From positions 87,112,001 to 87,176,000 of the forward strand of contig NW_024704743.1 in NCBI RefSeq assembly GCF_018977255.1: a stretch of 64,000 nucleotides of DNA, in the 5' to 3' direction. This stretch comes from Callorhinchus milii. Taxonomy: Eukaryota. Shown here piece after piece: positions 1 through 13,500 of this stretch (position 1 is its first letter; the number at the start of each line of letters is the position of its first letter). The position numbers and the translations under genes are program-made. The notes beneath the pieces were generated by a model, which was given only the letters and a program-made list of their open reading frames with translations, had not been told where the DNA came from and did not search any database.

Positions 1-1165
1 TGTGGTCTGTTCAAATAAAGAATATTTGAGGGCAAGTTGTGGTCTGTGAGGAAATCAGATGGAAATTGCAATGAATCTAAAATCCAATGACTTCCAGAGC
101 AGCACGAGTAGAATTTCTTGAAACCTTTTACCTTTATTTTCTCTCTTCTCTCAGGCTTATGTTAAGTCCCCACATCACAGGATCACAAATGAATCAGTGC
201 AAACAAAATGGTATAGTGGACAGAGCTGCAGGTTTATGGACCAGCATTTTGCTATGCTTTGCCCAGCCCACGCTGAGTTTGCTGGTATCAGCAGAGGCTG
301 CGTGAAGAAAGCTAGATGGGCTCTTGCCTTCTCAAGGTTAGAGAGGGCAAAACCAGCCAGGGTTCCTGCTTCCTCTATAGCATCTGCTATTGATACAGCA
401 CGTGTGAGATTTCAGGCTCTGACGCTCCCTACTGAGAAATGGCCTGCTGACAAACACTGCAAAGGGTCTCACATGAATAAATAACACTTGGGTGAGGTAT
501 TGGAGGTATTGGTGGAACCACATCCCACACAAGTAGATTGGTATCCAGGAGCAGAGGCACATGCCAGTGGGGAGAAAATTAGAAACATAATTAGATGCAT
601 TTTTTTAAAAAAAGTAACAAAAAAACCTTCAGATGAAAGCCTTTCAACCCACTTGGGTCTTATACTCCCAGCTAATCAATCCTACCATCTTCCCATCACA
701 GGATCAAACTATTTCTTCCATTTTATCATCAATATGGAGTATAGGAGAGATACAGCCGAGCAGAGGTAGCCATAACAAAAGATCTATATTCAACCACATC
801 AGGGGGTATAAAAGCAAATCAGTTGCTTATGCTGTCATATGCACACGTGGTCTTGCTCTCTCTCTCTCTCTCAGTGCTTGAAACGTAACTGTGATCATAA
901 TATATTAATAATCCTTGCATTTGATACAGCGCCTTATCACATTTTCGATACATCTCAAAGTACTTATGTGCACAAGAGCCAACATTTAAGGTGAGTGAAC
1001 ATGATCCACTCGATGTTTTATATATTTACAGAGAGCCCAATATCTTCACTAATTGGGACCAGCTTCATTGTGAATATGAAAATAGTGTGGTTGAGGGATG
1101 AGGTCATCACGTAGAAAACAATGTATAGAACTAACTAAAACTTTGTTTTATCAAGAGTTGTACTA

Positions 1166-1471
1166 TAATAATAATCCTTGCATTTGATATAGTGCTTTTC
1201 ACATCTTCTAGACGTCTCAAATCGCTTCACAGAATATACCATAAAGTGAATTGACTGTATATTTGTGGGCGAAACGTGGCAACCAGTTGCGCACAGCAGT
1301 GTCCCACAAACAGTCGTGGATTGAAGTGACCAATTTATTATTATTTTTTTTGAGGGATTATTATCAGGCGTGTGGAGTAAGGAAACTTGCCAAAGTTTTG
1401 CCCTGCTGGGAATCAAACCCAGGTCTTTCACTTGCAAGGCGTGTCCTCTAACCTCTGAGCTACTGGACTCC
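1166..1471 (-). mobile_element. tRNA-derived SINE (family A, short form)
   Basis: A/B-box head, ccttgggcaagtttccttactccacac body, L2-like tail with (TTA)n. Confidence 0.92.
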
Positions 1472-1900
1472 ACCATAACACTGGCACCATAAGTTTTTCC
1501 ACTCTTGTGTTTTTTTCTCTTCTCTTTGGCCTTCCACTCCGTGCTGGCCCTTTTCTCTTCTTCCTCCCCCCCCCCAACTAAGTCACTTTCTCTCTCTGAC
1601 TCTCACTCTGTCACATTCTGCCTTTTTCTCTCTTTCTTGTTTTCCCCACAAATCATAGTCAATTCACTTTACATTATATCCTGTGAAGCACTTTGAGACA
1701 TCTCGAAGACGTGATAAGGCGCTATATCAAATACAAGGATTATTATTATTTCTGACTTTCACTCTGTCTGTCTGACTCGATCACACAAGCTCTCTAACCG
1801 TTCCTGTGTGTTTGTGTATTTGTCTCTTTATCACGATGTGGCCTTCTTTATCAGTGAAGGCATCAGTGAAGGCCAACCTTCACAACAGATAAGTTGGTAG

Positions 1901-3269
1901 AAACAACAACAACAAAATTGCATTTATAGAGCACCTTTCACGTCGGGAGGACGTCCCAAAGCGCTGAACAGTCAGATGTCGGGGTCCGAGCATGGGGGAG
2001 GGGTGGTGTAGGGGTGAGGGAAGGCAGAGAAGTGAGGAGACCAAAGGTACGGTCGAAGACAAGGGTCTTGAGACCGGCCTTGAAGGAGGCAAGGGAGGAA
2101 GTGAGGCGAAGGGACCGTGGGATGGAGTTCCAGAGTGTGGGGGCAGAAAGGCTGAAAGCCCGGCCACCGATGGTAGGGCGGATCGGGCGGGAGACATGGA
2201 ATAGGCCGGAGTCTGATGAACGGAGGGAGCGGGCAGGTTGGTAGGGCGTCATCAGGTCAGAGAGGTAGGAGGGGGCAAGGCCATGGATGGCCTTAAAAGT
2301 GAGGACGAGGATCTTGAACTCGATCCTCTGGGGAATGGGGAGCCAGTGGAGTCGGGCGAGGGTGGGAGTGATGGGGTCACGGAGCCTGGTGCGTGAGAGT
2401 ACATGAGCTGCAGAGTTTTGGATGATCTGCAGCTTGTGAAGGGAAGAGTTGGGAAAGCCGATGAGGAGGGAGTTCCCGTAATCAAGCCTTGAGGTGAAGA
2501 ATGTGTGGGTGAGGGTTTCGGCAGCCTGAGGGGTGAAGCAGTGGCGGCGTCTGGCAATGTTGTGGAGTTGGTGGTAGGCAGTGCTGGTCATGGCGCGGAT
2601 GTGGGGGAGAAAGGACAGTTCAGGGTCAAACAAGATACCCAGATTCCTGACGGGCTTAGTGAGGCTGAGTGTGCAGCAGTGGAGGCTGATACTGCCAGTG
2701 TCTGAGGTGTGGAGGCGCTGGCGGGAGCCAATCAGGAGGGCCTTGGTCTTGCTGATGTTGAGTTGGAGAAAGTTGGCCCTCGTCCAGGACTTGATGTCGG
2801 ACAGGCAGTCGGTCAGGACGCCAATAGTCCTGGAGTTCAGGGTGGAGGCTGAGAGATAGAGTTGGGTGTCATCCACATACATGTGGAAATTTACTCCATG
2901 TCTGCGGATGACGTCACCAAGGGGGAGCATGTAGAGGGTGAAGAGGAGGGGACCGAGGACAGAGCCGAGGAACACTGCACGAGACAGTGCGGGAGCTAGA
3001 GAAGCAGTTTGCCGCGACGAAGTGGAGGCGGTTTGAAAGGTAGGACCTGAACCAGTCAAGAACAGAACCTTGAAGGTTGAGATGGGAGAAGAGGCGGTGG
3101 AGGAGGATTGAGTGGTCCACGGTGTCAAAGGCGGTGGAGAGGTCGAAGAGGCAGAGGGAGCCCTAATCACACATGGTCAGGATGTCATTTGTGACCTTGA
3201 CCAGGAGTTTCCGTGATGTGGGCAGCACGGAAACCCGATTGCAGAGTCCATTGTGGGTTTCAAAAGGGA
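1901..3269 (-). mobile_element. 5'-truncated L2 LINE, same family as 46803-50511
   Basis: ORF 1938-3170 with [19 protein letters not shown]; same ACGTC-CTCC-GACGT stem-loop and (TTG)n tail. Confidence 0.95.
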
Positions 3270-4693
3270 AGCAGACAGATATATGAAAGGTAGAGGCTTG
3301 AAGGATTTGTACGACTCTCTAAATAAATGTCTTGCTCTGCCGCTTTTGTATATCTGAAAGTATTGTTTTGTGTTCACTTTTTCAATACCATCCAGCAACT
3401 TTATACCAATACCAGCTTCCTTCTGTGGCATCTCTTTCCAAGGCAGAATTCTAGCTTTTCCTATCGTTTATTATAGGTTATCCCTCTCATATTAGTCATT
3501 TAAAAAATGTGGGCCTTTATCTTGCCCAATCCTATAACCAATCAATCAGATTCAATCTTGCCCTGTTATTAAGTATAAGATGGTTTTGATATAAATCGTG
3601 CGTCTTAGCTTGTTCTATATTAAATCTATTTGAATGCAAATGTAGTGGAAAGCGATTATAACTTTTTTTTAAGGGAGGATTAGAATATTTTTACAAGTTT
3701 ACAAAATACTTCAGGTTGAGAGTAAAATGATGATCATTCTTCAGAGTGTAGACTGCTGAGGACCCCTAGTGGATCTACGAGAAATACTCACCAAGTTGAT
3801 AAAGAACACATCACTCTTTTGCACTAAAATGAACTAGATGTAATGACAAGATCAGTCTCAGTCAGGCAAAATTTAAGGTCCTGCCTGCCTGTTCAGCTGG
3901 ATGTAAAAGATAACCTTGGAACAATTGGAAAGAAGTGAATTTTACCTGGTGTCCATGTCAACAATTCTCCAGATAAAATCGGTTATTTACTTTGTGGGAC
4001 ATCGCTTTGCACAAATTGGCTGCAGTGTTTGTCTCCAAATCCAGTCATTATATTTCATAGTTCATCCTTTGAGATTTTTAAAGTGCTATTACTGTTATGA
4101 TATATTGGGCTTTAAAAAGTGAGACAATCTCAGGTCAAAGCCCAAATTATGCAAGTCAAAGTGACGTAATAATAGTTATAATCCTTGCATTTGATATAGG
4201 GCTTTTCACATCTTCCAAAACACTCAAAGCACTTCACAGAATATACTGTAAAGTGAATTGACTGTATATTTGTGGGCGAAACGTGACAGCCAATTGTTTC
4301 CTGTTGCAAATAAAAAGTTACAAAAGGACATGGAGCCATTTTTAAAAAAAAGTATAAAACTTATTTTTTAATTTTATACAAATACACCTTCTTTATAAGA
4401 ATGCCATCACTTGAGTGTCATAAAAAATGATTGGAATCCCATTACCAGGCACGTAATAATAATAACCCTTGCATTTGATCTAGCGCTTTTCACGTCTTCT
4501 AGATGTCTCAAGAGTTTCACAGGATATACTGTAAAGCGAATTGACTGTATATTTATGGGCAAAACGCACTGTTATCTGGTCAAAAGTGTCACTTTTATCT
4601 TTTAATCATAGATAGTAAAGCTTATCATTTTATTATGCCTTCTTTTGGTACACACTGAATTGTAATTAGTTTGTTCTCAGAATATTAACCAAG

Positions 4694-4699
4694 TTTATT
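4694..4699 (-). terminator. candidate polyadenylation signal AATAAA
   Basis: AATAAA on the minus strand ~700 nt past the stop codon; usage not verifiable from sequence. Confidence 0.3.
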
Positions 4700-4920
4700 G
4701 TTCCCTAGGTATGTGCTGGTGAAAAAGTTAGTTTAACCCAGACTAACTTTGAAAGCTGCGGACAGATTTCAAATTCCATTATTTTTGTTTAAAAAAGCAA
4801 GGTGGCAGCTAGACTTTATAACACGAGATGTCACTATGTCCATGTAACAAATGTATAACATTGCACATTTGAATTACTGACTCACAAACCCATCATCTTA
4901 ATAATTACATGGTTATCAAA

Positions 4921-5289
4921 ATAATAACAATCCTTGCATTTGATATAGCGCTTTTCACATCTTCTAGACGTCTCAAAGTGCTTCACAGAATATACCATAA
5001 AGTGAATTGACTATATTTGTGACCAAAAAGCGGCAGCCAATTCCGCACAGCAGTGTCCCACAAACAGTCATGGATTGAGTGACCAAATTATTATTATTTT
5101 TTTTCTTGAGGGATTATTATCCCCGGAAAAGCGATCCACCATTCAACTAACAATCGGGTTTCTACTTAATGCTGGTAAACAGAGGCGTGTGGAGTAAGGA
5201 AACTTGCCCAAGGTTTCACCCTGCCGGGAATAGAACCCAGGTCTCTCTCTTGTGAGGCGAGTGCTCTAACCACTGAGCTACAGGACTCC
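4921..5289 (-). mobile_element. tRNA-derived SINE (family A, long form), in the presumed 3'UTR
   Basis: full head, central segment and tail; ~110 bp past the stop codon. Confidence 0.92.
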
Positions 5290-5396
5290 ACAATGTTGGG
5301 TCACCTTCAATATTCAGTAAAGCTCAATTATTAGATTCCAAATGACACCATTCTTCTCCCAACAATGTGGTAGTTGCTTATCATGTTGCCTCTCCA

Positions 5397-5564
5397 CTAC
5401 TGGCTCTCCTTTCTGGGTTTATTTCTATTGATCAGTTTCTTCAAATGTTTAGCAACCTCACTGGGATTTCTGTAGATCATTCGTCTGTCCATCCCTTTAA
5501 TTTTGATCCATTTCGCTGAGGGATACGTCTGCTCAATGAATTGCTGCTGAAACTGTGCCACAAC
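5397..5564 (-). CDS. terminal exon 11 (VVAQFQQQFIEQTYPSAKWIKIKGMDRRMIYRNPSEVAKHLKKLINRNKPRKESQ*)
   Basis: tattccag| acceptor; 168 nt to TAG; fits the last strand and C-terminal helix of the fold; joined CDS is 1158 nt (385 aa) with no internal stop. Confidence 0.92.
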   Translation of the reverse strand, partial: VVAQFQQQFIEQTYPSAKWIKIKGMDRRMIYRNPSEVAKHLKKLINRNKPRKESQ

Positions 5565-6014
5565 CTGGAATATTTTTTTAAAAAAAAGATCAACATTAAT
5601 GCCAGTAGGAATCCTAAACAAATAGGAATTTAAAGCCAGCCCCTCAGAAAAACAGTCTCATATTAGGCCCAAAGCACATCAAAAAGATAGACCTTCTGAT
5701 AGTTTTTTAACAGCAGGGAGGGAGGAAGCAAGGCAGGGTGATGTATTTCTAGGGTGTAATATAATAATCCTTGCATTTGATATAGCGCCTTATCACGTCT
5801 TCAAGCCATTTCAAAGCGCTTCACAGAACATACTGTAAAGTGAATTGCCTGTATATTTTTGTGGGCGAAAGGTCAGAATGGCTAAAAGCTCTCCCACTGA
5901 TGGTTGGGTAGATTGGACAGAGAACATGAAGCAGGCCATTGTTTGTTTGCTTAGCAGACGGAGTGGCCGGGATGGTTGGGTTGCAGCACGTCGCAGAGCT
6001 AGGACAGTACTTGC

Positions 6015-6111
6015 CTTATTCAAAGAGACAGGAAGCTGCTCATCGTGATGATCTCCTGTGATCACAGTTACAGTCGTCCTACTGGATAGTGGTTTAAACT
6101 TTGAAATATCT
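6015..6111 (-). CDS. exon 10 (DISKFKPLSSRTTVTVITGDHHDEQLPVSLNK), followed by a GC donor
   Basis: tttttctttcgatacag| acceptor, AAG|gcaagt donor; 97 nt, phase 2 to 0. Confidence 0.9.
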
Positions 6112-7594
6112 CTGTATCGAAAGAAAAAGAGCATTTCAGTCATGTAAAACACAAGCTTCCTCTTAAAAGGTTCATACAGAGTCACCCTGATATTTACTTC
6201 AGCTAAATCCTTACAAGGCAGCAATTACGCAAAAGGACTCACAATTCTTGAGTCGACTGCGGTGAATCTTGTTAGCGGTAGCATGTCCCCGCCAACCCAA
6301 TGGGAACCTAGTGATCTGCTTCGGAATAATGATCCCAGGAGTTGGCTACAATGTACCGATGATTACCTTTAGTAACTCAAAGTCACTATTAGTCAATCCC
6401 ATTGTAAACCGGAGAACAGGGAAAGTCCTCTAATGCACCGCCCTATTGTACAATGCAGACTTCACACCTGAAAGGTATACCAGACATTCTGATAGTTTAC
6501 AGACTGGGCCTTTGCACATCCCCACCCCCCCAACCCGCCCATCTCCAATTTACTTTGAGAATCATAATCAGCAGGACAAAAGGGCACATGCTCCTTCCTG
6601 GCTATGTTTCTTTATGCAGAGAGAAATAAGCAGCTGGAACAGGTTAGCAGCAAGGTTGATAGGCCACAACTGGACTCAGTTAAGAAACAGCGTGGTGGTA
6701 TAGTAGGAGGGCAGAACGATTGATCTTCTCGACAGGTGAGATTATATGGGCTGAAAAACCTTCCTTACCCAAACCGCTCATGATGTCAAAAGAGGCACAA
6801 TCAGAAGACTGATTTATGACACACACACACTCCTCGTCCTTGTATATACATGAACAGAGTCACAGAACGAGGTTGAAGTACACACATTCATTATAATTTC
6901 CCTGCTTTGCATTATTTTTCTCCCTACAAAATACACAGTCAATATATGGTAAATTCTGTGAAGCGCTTTATGAAGTCCTCCCGAAATGAAAGCTGCTATT
7001 ATCATGTGCATAGATTATGACTACTTCTAAGTTGAGCCTACAGTAAAGATCTTCTTTAAAAATACAACCCTAGAGTCTTTTACTTTACTAAAAACTTGAT
7101 TTACAAAAAATAGTGGCTTTAAACCTTTTTAATGTAAAATACAAATAAAGAAAAATTAGCCAAGACCCAGAAGAAAAATGAAACGTAGGAAATTATATTG
7201 GTGATGTTACATGTAATATAGATAGTCTAAGAAAGCAGCCAGAGTTTCCAGCAAATAGTGATGCAATTACTGCCCATGTACTGAAAATTGATTTTATTGA
7301 ACATTATATGGCGATAATTATCAAGTCTTTAACAGTTGGCTAATTTGTGCATGGAGCTCAATTCGTCTTCCTATACATTGGGTTAGTAATTAATCCTGTT
7401 AACTCTACTTTTAGTGCTGCATTAACAGTTGCTATAATCGTAAATACTACACTAAAATTCAAGGGCAGGCTTTCCCTGCCCACTATTTGATGTATCTAAA
7501 ACTCTGAATCAATATGGTCTAGAAACAATCATTCATTGTGACATGATGTTTTGGACAGCACAGAACTTCATTGATTTCTGACTTTGAGTAAATG

Positions 7595-7937
7595 CAGAGT
7601 ATTTCTGTTATAACGCACTTCACTACAGTGCAAATTCAGTTACAACGCAGCTGCACTGCTGACCCCATTCAATGTAGTTTTGCACAGTAGGCTTGCTCAC
7701 ATCCACGTCTAATGGCTATTTGTGCCAAAGTGGCCGATTGCCTGGTTAAGTCACCACCGAGATCACTTCCTGCTTTGCAGAGTCCCAGTAAACAGGAAAT
7801 GACGTTGGCAGTGGCCACCGATGACCCAAAAGTGGGCCACTTTTTCTGTGGTGCACGTGCACAGTGAAATCAGCTATTGTGCTTCACTCCTGAAATGTTA
7901 TGATTCCCAAACACTACATTATAACAAGGTTCCACTG
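7595..7937. mobile_element. Tc1/mariner (Tigger/pogo-like) MITE
   Basis: left cagagtatttctgttataacg vs right reverse complement cagtggaaccttgttataatg; right flank TA, left flank TG. Confidence 0.6.
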
Positions 7938-9031
7938 TATATTGTCATGAACAATGCCAATGGTGCCAGCGCTGTCAATTTTGGAGGGAACTCGATTTTT
8001 TTAAAATGAATAGTGCTATTCACTAATCTGTTATCCACTGCTCAACCAGTACATGCTGGACTTCCACCCTAAGGAATCCTGGAAAATTCCATACCATGAA
8101 GTGGTGTGATGTTGGTCTCTATCCATCATTCCCCATATTGTGAACTCCTGATTTAATCTTGCCACTGTGGCCAGTTGTCAAGCAACAACTAGCACAGAAG
8201 AATATCTCAAATAATTTTACAAAGCCTAACTACAGTGGGAGATGCGGTGGGGGGGTAGGGAGAAGATGGGGACAGGCAAATGGTTAACAAAGGTGCAGTT
8301 AAAGGGAGGTTTTCAACAGGTTTTGAGTGCAGCGAGGGAGGGATGAAGGTAGACAAATTTTGACCCCCAAAATGTGGGGGAAAAGTGGGTGAAAAAAGTG
8401 AGTAAACGGGGGTGTAGGATCCCAATAATTCAACAACAAATTGCATTTATATAGCGCTCTTCACGCAGCATAGTCTTGGAGTGCCGTAAAGTAATGGGAT
8501 TGGACGCCAAGCAAGGGGGAGGAAACCATAGGCAGGGTTGAAGAGAGATGTAAAGATAGTTAAAGAGGGAGAGAGGCAGGGAGTTCCAGAGGGTAAGGGT
8601 GTAATGGCTGAAAGCACAGTTACCAATGGTGGCGTGGAGGGGTTGAGGGACATGCTATCAGCCTGGCTCAGTTAATAGCACATTAGCCTGAGTCATATGT
8701 TTGGGGGCTCAAGCCCCATGTCAGGTCATCATCTGGGCTGGTGCACCAATACAGTGCTGGAGGAACACTACATTGTTGGAGGCGCCATACTTCGAATGAG
8801 ATATTAAAGATCCCATGGTGCTATTCGAAAAGAGAAGGGAGTTTAGATCCCCTAAATGAAACTTAAGGGAATGTTGGCCAGGACCCTGGAAGCCAGCTGG
8901 TCGTTTGCCTGCATTTTTGATTTTTTCAGTAAGTAAAAGTCCCCATACCCCACCTGCATTATAAGCAATCCCATGTCAAAAAGAAATTAATTATAACAGG
9001 ATTTCACTGAATTCTTCTCATCAACACTTAC

Positions 9032-9114
9032 CGGACTTGGGAGACGCTCTCATTAATGAAGAAGTGTTCATCCACAGCGGCACTGAGATGGGCTGGATTA
9101 CTCAACAGGTATTT
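9032..9114 (-). CDS. exon 9 (KYLLSNPAHLSAAVDEHFFINESVSQVR)
   Basis: ctattttatag| acceptor, CCG|gtaagt donor; 83 nt, phase 0 to 2. Confidence 0.94.
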
Positions 9115-11116
9115 CTATAAAATAGTGCAGCAATCTTAGCAGAGCATTAATTTATTGTAAATAATGTAACTGTTCAATGCACCTTTGAATTATGAAAACG
9201 ATAGGTAAATGTGGGGAGGCAAGAGGACGGGGCTTGGTAGCTTGAAGGATACATATTTTGGATGGATGGCCAATAGAAGAAACACAGTACCCCCAAAGTG
9301 CATAAGTGTGACATGGGCAGGCCAATGTAAGTCTTCCACAGACCATGCAATGCCACGCTGAATTTTACCCCACCCACCTTACTCAGTTCTGTTATTAGAA
9401 GGAGAATCAACATAGAATCAGCTCTGTGGCTACAAATGGCCTTCTCTGTTTGTACATTAGGAAACTGAGACTAAGGCATTTGTCAATATGTTCCAGCATG
9501 TGATTTCTCACAGTAGGTGAAAGACAATTACACAGACATGATCTGCCCCACAACCCTCACCCATAAGAATTGCCAGAGAACTTTGTTCCCAAAACAGCAC
9601 ACGAGAACTGAGGCAAACAAAACTACCGTGTTATTCTACCTAAAATAAATCATTAAATTCAAATATAATCAGGTTTAATGATAATTGTGTGTTTCTTGTG
9701 CGCTTTGTGTCCAGCGCACATATTCTGTAAAGGCTGTGATAAAGGCAACTGGGCACCGAAAACTAATTTGCATTACTCTGCATTTATGCACACCCAAGAC
9801 AGAGACTGAAGAGAATTCAGTGGAAAGTTAATAAACAATTTACATTTTATAATCTATAATACTGTCAGAGTAGCTACACCTTTAATCAAGCTGGCTTTAT
9901 GTCTTTTAATAGTCCTTTATGTCCTTTAACTCAATAGTCCAGAAACATTCACTCTCTAGCTTCACATATTAAGAATTGTGGGACATCCTCCCGTGTGAAA
10001 GGCGCTATACAAATGTAATCTTGTTGTTGTGTCACTAAGGTGAGATACCCGAGGAACCACATATTAACACTTGCTCATGTTCAGGGTAAGGTAAGTGGAC
10101 AAACAACATAGTAAAGATTGAAAGGAGAAAGACTGATAGCTCAGTCCTCTAACCCTGAGGATTGTGTGTCAGTCTGGCTCAGTTAATAGCACTCTCGCCT
10201 CTGAGTCAGAAAGTCTGATAGTCTTGGCGGACATTCTCATGCAATGTCAGGGGTGGAGTCTTTTGGATGAGACGTTAAACCGCAGTCGCATCTGCCAGTT
10301 TAGGTGGACATTAAAGAGCCTATGGCATTCCAGTTTCTCCCAGTATCCTGGCCAACAATCCCCCAGGTAAACCTAGTAATTCACTTGGAGGAGGGGAGGA
10401 GAGGCCATTAACATGTACAAATTGGTTCCCACTTTTGCCTACAAAATACAGACAGTACACTTTACAGAAAATCCTATGAAATGTTTTTAAGTCATCCTTC
10501 CAATGTGAAAGGTGTAATATATTAAATCAAAGATTAAATTAATTAAATTAATTAAATTATTATATTTTATTAGCATGATCATATTAATTCTAGATTTATT
10601 TTGAATGGATCGCCAGTTTGGACTGTAGCTTGGTAATCATTCTGAGAGAAAGCTCCTCAATAACTCAATAGTTCATTTTTAAAAATGATTTTCAGCTGGC
10701 TTCATTGGATTGCAAAAATATGTGAAAGTACAGTTTGGGTAATCAATAAAAGTAGAATGAGTGCCATATTTCAAACTCTGAACATTGCTCATTATAAAAT
10801 GCTGACAGAAGCTAGATCCCAGACATAAATTGGATATTTTGCCTTTCTCAAGAATACTATTAAGTCTCTTTTCTGGACAAAATTAATAGAGTATTCGCAA
10901 TGTGTAAATTTAAGTGAAGGATTGCCAACTCAGTAGAATTCTTCAGAAGTCATGGTCAAGCTATCGAGTGCTCTGGTCAGGCCACACCTGGAGAACTAGT
11001 ATAGTCTGGTCACAGCAACATAACGGGATGACTAAGGGGATGACTAGAGGCAGTGCAGAGGAGAGCAATGCGCATGGTAATCAGTCATTTTATTTTATAT
11101 ACCATCTTTTATGGTG

Positions 11117-11425
11117 ATAATAAATAATAATAATCATAATCCTTGCATTTGATATTGCGTTATGTCATGTCTTCAAGATATCTCAAAGCGCTTCACAGAA
11201 TATACTGCAAAGTCAATTTTAAAAAGTGTATATTTTATGGGTGAAATGCAGCAGTGAATTGCACACAGCAGTGACTCACAAACAGTCATGGATTGACTGA
11301 TTTTTTTTTTAAGGAATTATTTCCACCAGAATAGCAACCTCCCAACTGACTAATAACCGGTTTCCTACTTACTGCTAGTAAACAGCGGAGTGTGGAGTAA
11401 GGAAATTTGCCCAGTGTTTCGTCCC
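11117..11425 (-). mobile_element. SINE family A, long form, head truncated
   Basis: tail plus central segment. Confidence 0.85.
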
Positions 11426-12559
11426 GATAGGAGGTCTCAAAATGCTTCACAGGATTTACCATAAAGTGTAGCAACTGGATATCCTGTTAACAAACACGGT
11501 AGCCAATTTGCACTCAGCAATGTCCCACCAACAACCATGAAGTAAATGATCAAGATTAGCCTAGACTGAGTGTAAAGCTAAGACAGCAGAGCAAAAGGTT
11601 CAGGGTTATAAAGGACAATTTCAGGATAGGTGCCATTATTTTATTACCCAAAAGGGTAATTACAGAGAAGATAATTAAAAATTGATATGGGTTACCAGCA
11701 AGAGTAGTTGAGGCCAGGATACATTTACAGTTTGATGCTGAAATGGGAGGATGGGAGGATGACAGGATGGGTTGTCTTGAAGGATGAGATCAAATTGGCC
11801 AAAGGGCCTTCTTCATCCAAACTTCTCTTGTGAGCTTATGAGAGACAGCCTTAAAAGCAGTTGGTTGCTTCCCACATTTTATAACACAAGAGGGCGACAT
11901 TTCACTTTCTACTGTCTTAAAACTGATTTGCAGAAAATTGTTTATATTTTTTACTTTTTTTGAAAGGAATTCAACTTTTCAGAAAGCTGACATCAAAGAC
12001 AGTTATTCTTAGTGAAGTAATTCATGAGCGACAAGAGTGTAATTTTGTTTTGTTATTTATGCTTTTAAATATAAACAGTCTAACAAAAAGCCATGAATTA
12101 TTTATGGACAGAGTGCAAATCCTTGGAGATTGACAAGAGTTAATTGCACGATTAAGATTCTTGCTCCAACTACAGCTACTGTTTTGTTATTCCTAACAAA
12201 CCTGTGATCTTTCGGTGATACATGTTGCCAAATAATCAATAGGGTCTTGGTAGTTTGACGTTTAGTGACTGAAGCAGATTGAACTTCAAATTGGTTTACT
12301 TGGTCCGACCATTTGTATTTCAGAGCATTGAAACTTAAATTCAACGTCTATGCTCAAATATTTAAACTTACTAAAAAAAACAAATCTGATTTTTATTTCA
12401 CGAACAAGTGGTATCGCTTGATGAAGGGCATAAGAATGAGGCCATTCAGCCTCTCCAGTCAGCCCTGTCATGTTGATTCTCCTCTTTAAATACTTGCATA
12501 ACAATTTTTCGTTTTGTGCAACGTTGATCATCCTGTTTTGCAACACAATCCATATCCAC

Positions 12560-13500
12560 TGACCTCCTTCAATCCTTACGTCTGACTCTAAATGCAAGGT
12601 CATACACTCCATTGTGGCCGAAACTAATGCTCTCTTCCTCCATCTTGCTCGCTTCTCATCTCTCCTCCCCATCCCCACTTCTCCAATCCCACCTCCGCCC
12701 TCCACATCAACACTTCTTTCTCTCATCTCCCAAATGAAACCCACTAGCTACCCTCTCTTCTCTTTATCAACCCAAATCATGGCCATCCAACTCTCTCTTC
12801 TCGACTCCATCCAGTTAATATTAGCAATCTTTCCCTATCCTCTGGAATTTTACACCCTCTTCCTCAAAAATCCACCCTTGACCACTTTATCATATAACTA
12901 TTGCCCTACTTCTAATCTGCCATTTCCAGAGAAATGGCAGGTTAGAAGTAGGCCAATGTGATAACGTATTGGCACTTCCCAATTATGTTTGCATATTGCC
13001 ATGCACTCATTATTCAAAACCCTCCGGTCTTTTTGACACGCCCACAGCATCAAGGTAGCCTTGGTCAAAGTCACAAATTACATATTTTCAGTCTGTGGCC
13101 AAGCCTCCTTGTACTTACTCAATCTTTCCACTACTTCTGATCGTTCTATTTTCATTATTCTCCAGTCTGACCACTTCTGCGATGCTGTACTTTCTTGGAT
13201 CCACTACTACCTGTTCCGATATCGTCACAGAATCTCCTGCAAGGTTCTTCTCTTACCCCACATGCTCAGGGATCTGTCTATGATGCTCTCCTAGTTTATA
13301 ATCATGATGCTTCCCTTTGGTCACATCATCTACAAGTAAGGAGTCTGTTTCCAGTTTCTTGCTGCTTTCAAAACCCTCCTAACTTCCCATGACTGTAGTT
13401 TCAATCAATATTCTCAAAACTCCTTTCTTCCCACCATGCTCAGAGATCCACAGCTTTGTAAAGCACTTTGAGACCATACCCTTACGTGAAAGGCTCTTAA
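12560..13500 (+). mobile_element. old degenerate L2 fragment
   Basis: pyrimidine-rich; remnants of NY.P.SNLPF and LVKVTN; L2-like tail near 13460-13500. Confidence 0.65.

Noticed and set aside
155..484. + strand acceptor (ctctcttctctcag) followed by an open frame
   Set aside because: No recognisable peptide, weak donor, and the frame runs into a SINE remnant
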